Source of the DNA: Podarcis bocagei
Lineage: Eukaryota
Reading direction: 5' to 3' (one strand)
Length of the DNA: 64,000 nt
NCBI GenBank assembly: GCA_964188305.1
Contig: OZ076897.1
Below are positions 24,978 to 36,320 of this stretch, in pieces. The translations under genes and the position numbers were made by a program. Below the pieces are notes generated by a model. It was not told where the DNA came from and did no database searches. It saw only the letters and a list, made by a program, of their open reading frames with translations. Each line of letters opens with the position of its first letter. The stretch's first letter is position 1.

Positions 24978-26239
24978 ATTCTATTGCTTTGTCTTGCTTA
25001 CGGTCATTAAATCATTACTTTTGCATATACCCCGTTGCTACTTCTTGTGACGTTATATAGTCAATGTTTAAGGGTATTATTAACTTTCGAATGCCTCCAA
25101 AAAGAGATCCGGAGATCATGTTCACCGGATTTAACACTTAAAGTTTAACATTCAGCTTAACTAAATGGAACTTGCAACCTATGAAGCTTGCAGTCCTATA
25201 CACACGCTTTCCTGGGAGATAGCGCCAAAGATCAATGGAAAGCAAAGATATTTCCTTCCTTCCTGGTAAACGTAGTTTGGATTGGGTTGTGAGCGATTGT
25301 AGTCCTTCAGCTGCTAATGTAAATGTGAGCTATATACTTTGAAGTAATGTCTCTTTCAGACTAATTCTTTTTTCGTGATAGACGTAGTCACAAGCACAAA
25401 TTCAGTTTTAGGTAGCCGAATAATTTTTTAGTTGGGCAGATCAAACCAATCCAAAAAGAGATTCTAAAAGGGGAAAATGCGTGTTTCCAATGATGATATA
25501 AAATACAGTTTGAGAGAATAAGGTTCCTCTCATGAATCAGAACAGCTTCCAGGGAAAACACATAGACACACACATCCCTGTTCCCTTATTGTTTCCACAA
25601 TAAAGTATCTTAGAGAGGTAAATTAGGTCTAAATTCATGCATATGAATTAACTCACATACAGTCAATAGACTGTATTAGTCGCTTCTGTCAGAATTCCAT
25701 CTCACTAACAGTGAAAGGAATTAAAGCAGCTGTGTTATAACAAGACTTTTTCCTGCTTTGGATTAGTTCTGAGAAAATCCTCAACTGACTGTTTTTCAAA
25801 GGAGAAAAAAGGTAAAAAAAATGACTTCAACTATAAGAAGATCGAATAATTATCACAAAGGCCAATGTTGAACCCAAAGTTCTGAACTGCAGATAAATCA
25901 AACCAAGTTTGCGCAATTTGGTTCCAGTTCAATCACAGCAAACGCTGCTTATATTTTGAAACTGAACTGATACTGTATTGGTATTGCTAATTCTGCGAAA
26001 ATAAGTGTGGGTTGATTGCATACACCAGACAAGCACGTTTAACTGGGAGCGAGTCCCATTCATTTCAATGAAACCTGCTTCCATCGCAGTGCTTTGAGGG
26101 TCACTGCCTGAACCTGCCCTCTCGCCGGGTTACTGGAGTCATGGTGAACATTTTATCTTCCTTTTATACCGTGAGTACACCTTAAGAAAAAGAACACGGT
26201 TTTGAAAGGATTTCCAGATGGGTGCCCGATCGTGGTGGT

Positions 26240-26435
26240 TGCTGAAACACCGACGGAGAGTCTAAGAAGAAGACTTCAGAGTTTTATTATGACATAATAA
26301 GCTATGAACTTTCGTGGAGTAACGTCGGTTTCATCAAAAGCAAGTGGATGACGTGGATTCTGTTCCACACAAGCTCATTGTGGCACAATAAATGTGCTAG
26401 CCTTTCAAGTCGTCACAAACCTCATAGTTGTTCTT
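26240..26435. mobile_element. Degenerate Penelope-like terminal-repeat remnant, inverted arrangement
   Basis: ...ttttattatgacataataagct...ttcgtgga mirrored by tccacacaagctcatt...caataaatgtgctagcctttcaag, typical of reptile Penelope pseudo-LTR ends. Confidence 0.5.
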
Positions 26436-26527
26436 CCTTTTAATAATTTTCGAGGTGGCTGTAAAAGCGGGTGATTACTGCTGCCTCCCGGATCCTAAGA
26501 GCGATCACGCGGAACTCCCATTTGATA

Positions 26528-26563
26528 TTGTAATCCGCCTTGTGATCCTCGGATGTAGGGCGG

Positions 26564-26621
<58 letters not shown>
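26528..26621 (+). repeat. LINE-type 3' tail ending in (AAT)n
   Basis: tgtaatccgccttg...gggcggtat stem-loop tail followed by about 18 AAT units. Confidence 0.65.
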
Positions 26622-26622
<1 letters not shown>

Positions 26623-26804
26623 AAACAGGATGGGATTAACTGTATTAGTAGCGGTTAGGATCGCACTACTTTCCATCAAAGCCTATTATTAATCTTCTTG
26701 GATTTCCCAAGGTTTTCTCAGGACGCCCCAACACGCAGGTGATGGGCGGGGGGGGGACTTGTTTATACCCGGTGAGGTGCAGTATAACTTTACCCTTGTG
26801 CAAG

Positions 26805-26895
26805 ACTGCAGTCCTATCCTCACTTACCTCAGAGTAATCCCCATTGAACTCAGTGGGACTTACTTCTGAGCAGACATGCATCTGGTGGCCCTGTA
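26805..26895. mobile_element. ~90 bp palindromic MITE-like element (best-preserved copy of an abundant family)
   Basis: gcagtcctat...cttacc...gagtaatccccattgaactcagtgggacttacttctgag...; internal inverted symmetry; more than 20 related copies in the window. Confidence 0.7.
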
Positions 26896-29187
26896 AGCCT
26901 GTTTCTCAGAATACAAACTCCAATGCTGTGTTAAACTGTTGGGAGTAATAATACAGTAGTTTAAAAGGGAATCCAAGAAGCAAAGAGAATTCCACGCTGC
27001 ATCGCTCACTGACTTGCCCTACATACAAAAGGTTTCCAAGCCGAGGGAGCTCTAAAAGCGAACAGCGGCTGCGCAATTCATTGCTGGCTTTACCAAAACG
27101 GAGAGCTGGTTTTACTTTGAGTAAACCTACGAACTGAAGCACAGTAACGCATGTTAGCTTGGAAGGCATCAGTGCTGCACAATATTCAGAGAGGGAAAGG
27201 AAGCCAGTCCTGAACCGTGTGTCTTATCTAAGTGTTTCTGAACATGTGCAGAGTGTATTTCACTTCACTAATGAGTAAAGCCCCACACCTCCGAGTTCAG
27301 TGGGGGCCGCAGGCCATACTGCTCAGAACTTAGGACTTGCAGGCCTGGAGCCTCTGGCCTCTTTTTTGGACCTTAAGCTTCAACCTTGACTGTTCTTGGC
27401 GACGTCTTATTTTTCTCCGTAAAATAGGCGCAGCAAAGATCTGGTCGTTTGAAGACCGGCGTGGTTGTTTCAAGAACTATGAAGACCGCACATTAAACGC
27501 GCTTTATAAACTAGGAAGAAAAATCTGTCCTACGAAATACAAATAGGTTCCCCTTGCGAAAGAGAGTTTGCTTCCTCCGATATTGGGCTGCAGTGTTACA
27601 AGGCTCTATTAGCACCACCACCCTTCGGATTGGGACTCAGCCGTCGCGCCATCGCACCGGCCAGGCTTTTAGCTGGCGTCCCACTTGGACAGTAATGCGG
27701 AGCTTTTCCGATAGATCCGGAAAAGCGAGGAGAGAGCTGCTTATTAATCATCGGACCGGCGGGAGAACTAACGACCAGAGAATGCGCGCAACGTTCCCCC
27801 TTCCCTCGCGATGCTTCTGCTTCGGTTCTGTTCTTTCGGGGATTCGTGCGGCTGCCCAGTCCGACTTGTCCAGACGTTTCCCCACCCACTCCGTTTACAC
27901 GCAGGAGATTCTCTGCGGCGAGGATTTACAATTCACTTTAGAAGGTGGATCTGTGAAAGAGATCCTGTATCTGTAGCTCGCCACTGGGATCCTTGAATCT
28001 TGTTGATCCACGTACACGAGTTCTCTCCTTCGTGCGTTATTTGCGTTCCTTCCCCAAATTCCAACCACCACCTCTGCGCTCGCTTTCCGCACGGAAGAAT
28101 GGAAGAAAGAGCTCACTTTGCTTGCAGTTCCGAGTTCAGCCACCAGCCGAACCCGGGCAGGAATTCGGCTGTCTGAGTCTGGTGCCAGCATCCAGGGCAA
28201 GCTGAGCGAGGCGCAGCTCGGCCACTTAGCTGCTTCTTCTGCCAACCTTGGGACGGTTTCACTCTTTCGACCTGAGCTTCAAGCGTCTGCTCCGCGAAGA
28301 CTGTTGATCTCTCTCGTTTGCGCTGTCAATTCGCAACGCAAACTCGCTCCTACGCTGGATGCCTTCAGGCTGCTTACCTGGGAGTTAAGCCCTGCTTGAA
28401 TTCGACAGGAGTTACTTCCGAGCTGTTTATTTTATTATTACCTTCCCTCTGTCTCTTTTCAGTTCCCCGCGCGGATTGCCGTCTGAAACCGAGCAGGAGG
28501 CGGCTTCAAGCCATGTACTTCCAAGAGGCACTTAATCCAGCAAGCAAGAACTGTGCGTCCTCCCTCCTCATCTCCGGATGCTTCTGGGCGTACCAGTCGC
28601 ATCCTCCGACCTCGCTGGACCTTGAGGTGCCAACACTCAGCCGCTATCCTCCAGCAAAAGGCTGGGACCAGGGAGAGCAAAGGTGGGCGCAACCGCCTGC
28701 GCTGCAAACAAGCCCAAGAGAGGAGAACGGGATCCGGGCTCTATTTATTATTTTTCTTGAGAGAGAGAGAAGAAAAGGCGAATATGGCCAAAGAAAGGAA
28801 GGAGACATCAAAGGAACGGGAAGGAATCAAGAACGAACGGAATAAAAAGACAAGAAGGCTGTTTGCTCCGCTCAGCAAGGAGTAAACCCCATTGAATTAA
28901 GCAGCGTTTCCTTCTGAGTAGGCATGGTTAAGGCTTGCGCTGCAACTGAACCATAGCGCTGTGCTTCGGAGAGTGCGCCCCATCCAAGTGTGCATAGGAT
29001 TGCAAGCCTAGTCGCCCTTTCTTTCCCCGCTGGATGAAGCAGCAGCAGCAGCAGCTGGAGGAGGAGGAACAAGAGGCGTTTCCACCGAATGGGAAAGAAA
29101 CGGATTCTCTCCAGGGATCCCCTTCCTGTTGCTGCTCCCCAGTTCGCTTTGCAAAAGAGCCCCGCTTTGGAGAGGCTCCCCGGGGCT

Positions 29188-29317
29188 CCTGGGCGTAGCC
29201 AGGATCTCGGGGGGGGGCAGGCAGAACCTCAATTTGCTATGTATTTTTATTTATTTTTATTGATTTAGCGGGGGGCAGCTGCCCCGCTCTGCCCGCCCCC
29301 CCTTGGCTGCGCCCATG
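29188..29317 (+). mobile_element. Non-autonomous hAT MITE, copy 1
   Basis: TIR cctgggcgtagcca / tggctgcgcccatg; 8 bp TSD ccggggct / ccggagct; near-identical to the copy at 33297. Confidence 0.85.
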
Positions 29318-29379
29318 CCGGAGCTCCCCAGGTCCTTGGCTCGTCTTTTCGCTTTTCCAGGCGTGCGAAGAAGGGAGCT

Positions 29380-29700
29380 CGAGACAGAAATGCCCGCGGC
29401 CTCTCGCTCCCCTTCCCCGCCTCCCTCCCTCGGGTCGGAGAAGGCAGCTCAGCCGCTCTACCTCCGCGCCTCTGAGAAGCAGGAGCCATCTTGCGCCTGC
29501 GCACTCGGCCGCAGCCCAGCTCCCCGCCCCCATTGGGCGCCCTCCCGCCGCCAAATTTCGAAACTGGATCGACGCGCTGGCTGCTGCCTGGCGGGAAGCG
29601 GACCCGGGGTGGGGTGGGGTGGGGGAGGCCTGAGAGGTGCCCCGGGGAGATATTAGAGAGGGCGGACAGCGGGGTGGATTCTGGTTTTCTGGCAGCTGTG
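29380..29700. promoter_or_regulatory. Orphan CpG-island promoter-like module (YY1, NRF1, Sp1, CCAAT)
   Basis: GCCATCTT at 29485-29492, TGCGCCTGCGCA at 29492-29503, then CCCCGCCCC and ATTGG at 29522-29536. Confidence 0.55.
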
Positions 29701-29860
29701 TCATCCCGCCAGGCTTCCCCCCACCTTAGAAATGAAGCCAACTCCAGCTGATACAAGACAAGAGGAGATGGGGCCAAGTCAGAATTCTCAGGTGTAAAGA
29801 GAAGGGGGTAAGGTTAAACCCAGTCCGGGTTTGAATTCGAAGTATAGACTAGGGCCTGCC

Positions 29861-29918
<58 letters not shown>
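29861..29918. repeat. (AAT)n microsatellite
   Basis: About 19 units. Confidence 0.95.
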
Positions 29919-31239
29919 TTCTACCATTCCAAATAAATTTACTAAGGAGCAAGGCCTCTGTGTCCAATGGAATTTACTTCTGAGTAACTGTCTTTAGCAT
30001 TGCGGTGTAAGCCTCACTTAGGAAAGAGGGCCAGGGAGCGATCCTGTGCGCGGCTCCTTGCGAGTTGCCCTGCTAGAGCACGAAGCGAACTTGCCCCTAA
30101 AATCAGCACAGCTTCAAGGAAACGGGAGTCTCTGCTGCAAGGATGGCTTCGACCACAAACCCTACTTAGCAATTGCTGTCACAGGCAAAAGCTACGACCG
30201 TGGACAAATAAGCTGTATATGGAAGACAAGCAATTCTCTTTCTCTCCATCCCCTTCCTTCTATGGACAGATCTGCCTTTTAGCTATTATCCTCTCGCCCC
30301 TTCCGGCTAGCACCGCTTTGCCACCCAGCTGGGGCTGCCAGGATCATCTCCCTTTTCGTGGCGGACTTACAAGGTGAGCTGAGGCGTCTCCCGCTGACAA
30401 GCAAGGCACACATTACCTTCCAGTGGAGTATGGTCCCTTCAGTCCTTTTCCCTCTCGGATTGCAGGGCCGAGGAGGTGGGACGCGTGGCCCTCCGGATTT
30501 TGCTGGACTACAAGTCTCATCAGAGCTGACCACTGGCCATGCTGGCCGGGGCTGGTGGGAGCTGGTGTCCATCAGCTCTTGGAGGCCCACAAACGCCTCA
30601 CCTCTCAGATCTGCAAAGGCTCAGCTCAATGTATTGCTCCCCTGTAGCTGCAAAGGGGCGCAGAAATTATGGCATTCCTACCATTTACACCCAGTTCCAA
30701 GCAATTTGCCCTCCACCTGGAGAACAACTATTGACAGCAACCCTTGTTCCAAAACCACGTTGGTCCGTCAGGCACACAGGGCACCAGGCACACATATTTA
30801 GGTATTATTACTATTAATTAATACTTTCATTATTATCTGAAACCTAGCCATATTGTGCTAGCATTTTCCCTCCTACCCCCAGCCGGATTCTCTTCCGACT
30901 TAGGTTTAGGATCCGAGAGGAGAAGGCAAGAAAGGGCGCCCTCACGGTGGAAGAGGAGGGAAATCTGTCGGTCGAGAACAAATTTGCGCGGGGTCAAATC
31001 AGATCACATCAGATCTAGATCTCCTGGCTTGCTTTAGCCTTCCTGCCTTCAGGTTCTCGAGAAGCGCTTCAAAAACTCAGGGAAAGCCCAGGAAGTTCCC
31101 TGCTTCGTCTGCCAGGAAATTCTCCCCGCTCCCAGATGGGAAAGAAAAGCTCTGTGGTCTTTCGGCGTTTGGAGCTGCTCAGATGCGCATCTCCTTCGCG
31201 TGGGACAAGGCAGGTCCGTTGCTTGGCGAAGCGTCCCCT

Positions 31240-31569
31240 GTTGTTGTTGTTGTTGTTTAGTCGTTTAGTCGTGTCTGACTCTTCGTGACCCCATGGACCA
31301 GAGCACGCCAGGTACTCCTGTCTTCCACTGCCTCCCGCAGTTTGGTCAAACTCATGCTGGTAGCTTCGAGAACACTGTCCAACCATCTCGTCCTCTGTCG
31401 TCCCCTTCTCCTTGTGCCCTCCATCTTTCCCAACATCAGGGTCTTTCCCAGGGAGTCTCCTCTTCTCATGAGGTGGCCAAAGTATTGGAGCCTCAGTTTC
31501 AGGATCTGTCCTTCCAGTGAGCACTCAGGGCTGGTTTTCTTAAGAATCCATAGGTTTGATCTTCTTGAA
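31240..31569 (-). mobile_element. 5'-truncated Bov-B (RTE) LINE
   Basis: Minus strand encodes the Bov-B ORF C-terminus (KTLMLGKMEGTRRRGRQRTRWLDSV...WRALVHGVTKSQTRLND*); (CAA)n tail; TSD aagcgtcccct (31229-31239) / aagcgttccct (31570-31580). Confidence 0.92.
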
Positions 31570-31697
31570 AAGCGTTCCCTAGGAACCCATTAACTGCTCC
31601 GGCGCTGCGCGGCGCGAGAACGTGCTCCAGCCAAAGGTGGGTTCCTGAGGTCTTTGGTGAGACCCAGTTGAAGCAAACGGACCTGCAAAGTTAAGGA

Positions 31698-31925
31698 TTT
31701 ATTATTATTATTATTTATTTTTACATTTATATACCACCTTTTTTCTTCCAAGGAGCTCGAGGTGGTGCACATGGTTCTTCTGCTCCTTCCCATTTCATCC
31801 TCACAACATCCCTGTGAGGGAGGTTAGGCTAAGAGATGGTGACTGGCCCAAGGTCACCCAAGTGTGCTTCGTGGCTGAGCAGATAGACAAACCCTTGTCT
31901 CCCAGGTCCTAGTCCAACACTAACG
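31698..31925 (-). mobile_element. Squam3-like tRNA-derived SINE
   Basis: Reverse strand reads gtgttggactaggacctgggaga...gggtgaccttgggccagtcac...cctaacctccctcacaggg, with an A-rich tail. Confidence 0.75.
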
Positions 31926-33296
31926 AATTAGAGTCTAACCATTAGGCTCGAGTGGATCCTTGAGTGGGGGCACTGCTTAGCCCCGGAACCCTGTGAGGGC
32001 TACAGCCCCCGGACCTTTTGAAGAAGAGGATCCTTCCCTCATCCTCTTCTGGATAGTTCTTGCGCGGGAAGTCAAGGCGATAATCTTTTCCCTGCTTGAA
32101 GATGTGAAGAAGCAACGCGGATCACTTTTCCTATTGTATTTCGATCCGTTGATGGTACTACCGGAGAGGTTGGGCAAGCCTTAAATCTGCGGGCGGGGAG
32201 CCGAGGGCGATCAGATGGAGAAGACTGTCCTTCCGCCTTTCATAGTTGCAAATTTCAGAAGGCGGAGCTTAGGTGGCAACATAATTAAAGGTGTAAGAGC
32301 CCTGCCTTTGGCCACGCTAGTAGGACAAACAGTATATTAAAACTGTACAGAGCCGGGGTTCCCACACTGGTGCTAAATTCATCCATTGGAGCTCAGTCCC
32401 ATTCGATTTCAGTAGGGCACCCATTGTGCGTGGTGGCTATACCAAAATCCGGTGGGGTGTCGTGGACAGAATATTGGGCTAAAGACCTCGAGCGAATCCC
32501 CTCTCTCAGCCTAAATAACCTCACATGGTTGTTGTTAAGATTAAACAAAATGAAGGCATGGCAATACTCCGAAAGGTAAGGGTGGATAGAAACAGCATTC
32601 ATAACCAGAACCTTGTTTGTAGCTTTCGAAGAGCTCGGCGTTGTTGAAGGGGAACGGCTAGCAGTCCCAGGATGGAGAGAAATGCTCTTTTCTTCTCAGG
32701 TTTTGACCTTTTGCGTAGAGGAGCCATCAGTGACATTTCCTTCAGCGCTGACATTTTGAACTTTCACCACTTCTCTGTTGGGCCTCGCTGTAAATGGCAA
32801 GCAGGATCCGCGTCGGACGGAGGAGGGAGCAGCACAGCGGCCCCTCGGCCTCCTTAGGGGCTGCGCGAGCCTCCCAGACCGGCGAGGTGGGAATGTGGAT
32901 CCGGGCGAGCCTTCCAAAATGCTACACTTCTGCAACTCTGTGCAAACTTCCTAGGCCTAGGGACTAAGTCCCACTGGGCTCAACTGGCATTACTTCCGAG
33001 TAAATCGGTAGAGTAACGGGCTCTGCGTCTCGCCTTGGTTTCTCTCCTCCTGAGGTCTACCAAGGGTCTTCCTTTATTTATTTAGGGTGCAATTCTGTAT
33101 TCGCTTTCCTGAGAATTAATACCTATGAGATTAAATAAGAGTTACATTGAGCAGACGTGTATAAAAGGGCTCTGTGACTTGCTTTATTTTCCGCACCGAT
33201 TCCTTTCTAACAAACATCTAAATCAGTTTAGAACCAGAAAGATAACATACACACGCCTCCTTTTCAGCCCCATTTGTTAGAAAGGCTGGTAAGCAG

Positions 33297-33415
33297 CATG
33301 GGCGTAGCCAGGATTTGGGGGGGCAGAACCTCAGTTAGCTATGCACTTTTTATTGATTTTTATCGATTTAGGGGGCAGCTGCCCCTCTCTGCCCCCCCCC
33401 TTGGCTACGCCCATG
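33297..33415 (+). mobile_element. Non-autonomous hAT MITE, copy 2
   Basis: Perfect 14 bp TIR CATGGGCGTAGCCA / TGGCTACGCCCATG and perfect 8 bp TSD GTAAGCAG. Confidence 0.92.
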
Positions 33416-34309
33416 GTAAGCAGTAAAGAGGGAGGTGTGGGTACGGGGCCGACAGAGCCTGGGCTAAGGCCTCACCCGAGGCACTCAAGGGCTCCCTTAT
33501 GAGCGAAGAAACTTCGCCAATATGTCCTGAAATAATAAAAAACCGACTCTGGAGATATATAGATTATCTTGATGGTTTTGCTTCTCTTATTGTAAGCCGC
33601 CTTGTAAGGGAGGCTTACCCCGAGAGGCTATCTAACTGAAATAAAATTCACGAACTAACTAAAATAAAATTCATGAACAAATTAAATAAATTGCCCACCT
33701 CCCTTCAACGATTTCACCTTTCAAAACCTCCAGTCAATCAGCGGATGGAGGATTTGGGGCTTTACTGTAATGGCTTGTACTTCGTATTTGAAACAGTGTG
33801 TTTAGGGGTTTCAATTATATTTCAACGTATTGCTACAGTTCAACAATCTTTATAACAGCCCTGTAAGGTAAGCCTGTTCTTATTATCATCCCTACATGCA
33901 GGAATATGAAATGACACCCGGGACAGGGAGGACACCCGGCTTCTAACACTGCAATCCGAGGGATGCTTCCTGAGAAGTCTCAGTCACTACAGTCCATGAA
34001 GCTTACTCCCTAGTAAGTGTATTTAGAATGGGAAACCCAGGATATGAGTTCTGGGCGCTTTGTAAGGTGTAGCTCTGGTTACAATTTACAAACCACTAAA
34101 ATCGGGGGTTAACCGACCCGGATCAAGGCCCCTCCTCAAGGCGCGCTTATGTGGGAAGGGGAGAGTGTGCGAAAAATGTTTCTGTCTTGCTGAAAGAGGT
34201 TAGCCCTTGTCTCTCCAGATATTGTCCTACTCCAACGCCCCCCAGTCTCAGCCAGCATGGCTGATGGTGAAGATAGGCCCAGCAATGATAGTTGGCATTT
34301 GGCTATGAT

Positions 34310-34490
34310 AGTTGAATGGAACCTCCAAAGGCAGAGGCAGTATACCTCTTAAGCAGCGGCTGATAACAGGGACAAACAACTAAGAGAGGTCGTGGTCCTC
34401 ACTCTTTGCTTGGCCAGAGTCTTGGAAGAATACGGCTGGCCTCTGCTGGGAAGAAGATACTGGTCTAGAGAAATCTGATCCAGCAGCAGC
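34310..34490 (+). mobile_element. CR1-type LINE 3'UTR remnant
   Basis: ggaacctcc...agaggcagtatacctct...tctgatccagca resembles squamate CR1 3' ends. Confidence 0.45.
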
Positions 34491-34739
34491 GAGGATATTA
34501 ACTCAACGCACATACTTTTGGGCCGAAATCCCAGGCACCCTTCCTTACCCCCTGGAGCCCTTCCTTTGAAGGAACCCTCCATAGGAGCAGGGCTTGTGCC
34601 AGCCTCGACCTTTCCCCACGCGAAAAGGACCCCGCTAAGGTGTGGTCTTCTTGTGCCAAGAGGACACGATCCCTTTCCGCCCTGCCAGTGAGGAAGATGG
34701 AGGGCACAGGAAGAGACACCCACGTACCCCCCCTCCTAT

Positions 34740-35150
34740 CTGCCATCTTGCTCTTCATTGTCTACCCGGCGGAGCGGCGAGAAAGTGCATCCTGGCTCCA
34801 GCAGCAGCGACTGTCCAGCCGCAGCCTTCCTGGGGGAGGCGGCGGCGCTGCCCCGGGGCTGGAGCCCCCCTGGGCCGGGCGAGGGGCTTCTGGGAGCAGA
34901 GCCCGGCTGGCCCAGAGCCCTCCTCGCCTCCCCCCGCCCGTCTCTCTCTCTCTCTCTCTCTCCACCTCCCCGCTTAGGTGCTCCGGGCCGCTGTGTTGCT
35001 AGTAGCAACCACACCAGCGATTTGCTGCTGCTGCTGCTGTGGCTGCGGCTCGCTCGCTCCCGCTTCGCTTCTGCCCCAGCCCTGCGCCTCTGCCTCCGCC
35101 ACCTCATTGTTTCCCTGTATCCTCCGCTCAAGCGACGGGGGTGGGGTGGG
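34740..35150. promoter_or_regulatory. Intergenic CpG island with palindromic RFX X-box GTTGCTAGTAGCAAC (34995-35009) and YY1 motif GCCATCTT (34742-34749)
   Basis: Motifs and CpG density seen directly. Confidence 0.6.
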
Positions 35151-36274
35151 GCTGGTGGCTGGAAGGGGGCCTTTGGTTACGTGTAGGAAGAGAGAGCTTT
35201 CCTTTCCTCGTTCTTACACACATGAAAAAGAGAAAATTTCCTTTTGGCATTGTCTTCTGTGCATAGCCAACAGGATGGATGGATGGATGGATGTGGTAAA
35301 GGCTAAATAAGAAAAGGTCGGTCGATCACAGTCTTGTAAATCAGCCTTCTTGGATCCTGAGGGAGCAACTGAATCCCCTTCTCTTCCTTCCTCCGGAGAG
35401 GCAAACACCCCTCCTCAAATATCCCCTTTGCAGAAACGTAGGGCGTCCCTCTGAGGACCCTGGGAATGCAGCGAGCTGCCACCCCGCGGTTACCACGGGC
35501 TGATTCCCCTCCTGCGGCTCTGCAGTGGCGTCTTCTGCCTTTGCTGGAACGGAACCAGGGCGGTCCACATCGGAGCTGCTAGGTTCTGACTCCTTCCCCT
35601 TACTCGCACCGTCATCGCACGAATGCCCTCTTGGCAACCACCTCGCGCGCGAGAGCGTAGTCTCTTGGAAGAGAAACCTTTGAAAACGGCAGGGAATGTC
35701 CAATAGCCGTTGACTTCGCGGGAAGACCCCCCCCCCTCGATCTCAAGGGAGCTTCCTTCTATGGAAAAGGCGAAATCCTGAGCACGCCTTAGGAATCCTA
35801 AACACCAGGGAGTAAGCCTCATGGAACGCTATGGGGCTTACTTGTGAATAAACAATTGTTTATTGATGCCTTTATTTATTTATTTGGGAAGAATAATCCA
35901 TAGGTTTGCTGTGCCCATATCGCCTTAAATTTAGTACGACCTGAACGATCGGCTGGAAGTGTCAAGTATCAAATGGCGACTTGGTTTACTTTCAGGATGC
36001 AAACCCTACCCGCTTACCTGGGAGTGCATCCCATTGAACCCATTGAACTTCCGGATAGGCATGCACTGTTACAGCAACAACTCCATGCAATGTACGCTAG
36101 GCATACCTAATCAGAAGCCGCGCAGTGCTCAGTGGTGGGGTTAATGCCCAGGTTTGCGGCCTTGATGTCTTCAAGTAGGTTGAAGACCGGATTGTACCTT
36201 TACGGTCTTTTGTTTATAGAAACCATCACAGAAGCCAACTGGCAGCTTGAGGCTCCGGAAAGCCAGCAGGTCTG

Positions 36275-36276
<2 letters not shown>

Positions 36277-36318
<42 letters not shown>
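36277..36318. repeat. (CA)n microsatellite
   Basis: About 21 units. Confidence 0.97.

Positions 36319-36320
<2 letters not shown>

Larger units (their letters stand above)
23090..25610 (+). other. BMI1: BMI1 3'UTR with candidate poly(A) signals ATTAAA (25006-25011) and AATAAA (25599-25604)
   Basis: Follows the stop codon and contains seed matches for miRNAs known to target BMI1. The end point is inferred from the signals. Confidence 0.65.
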
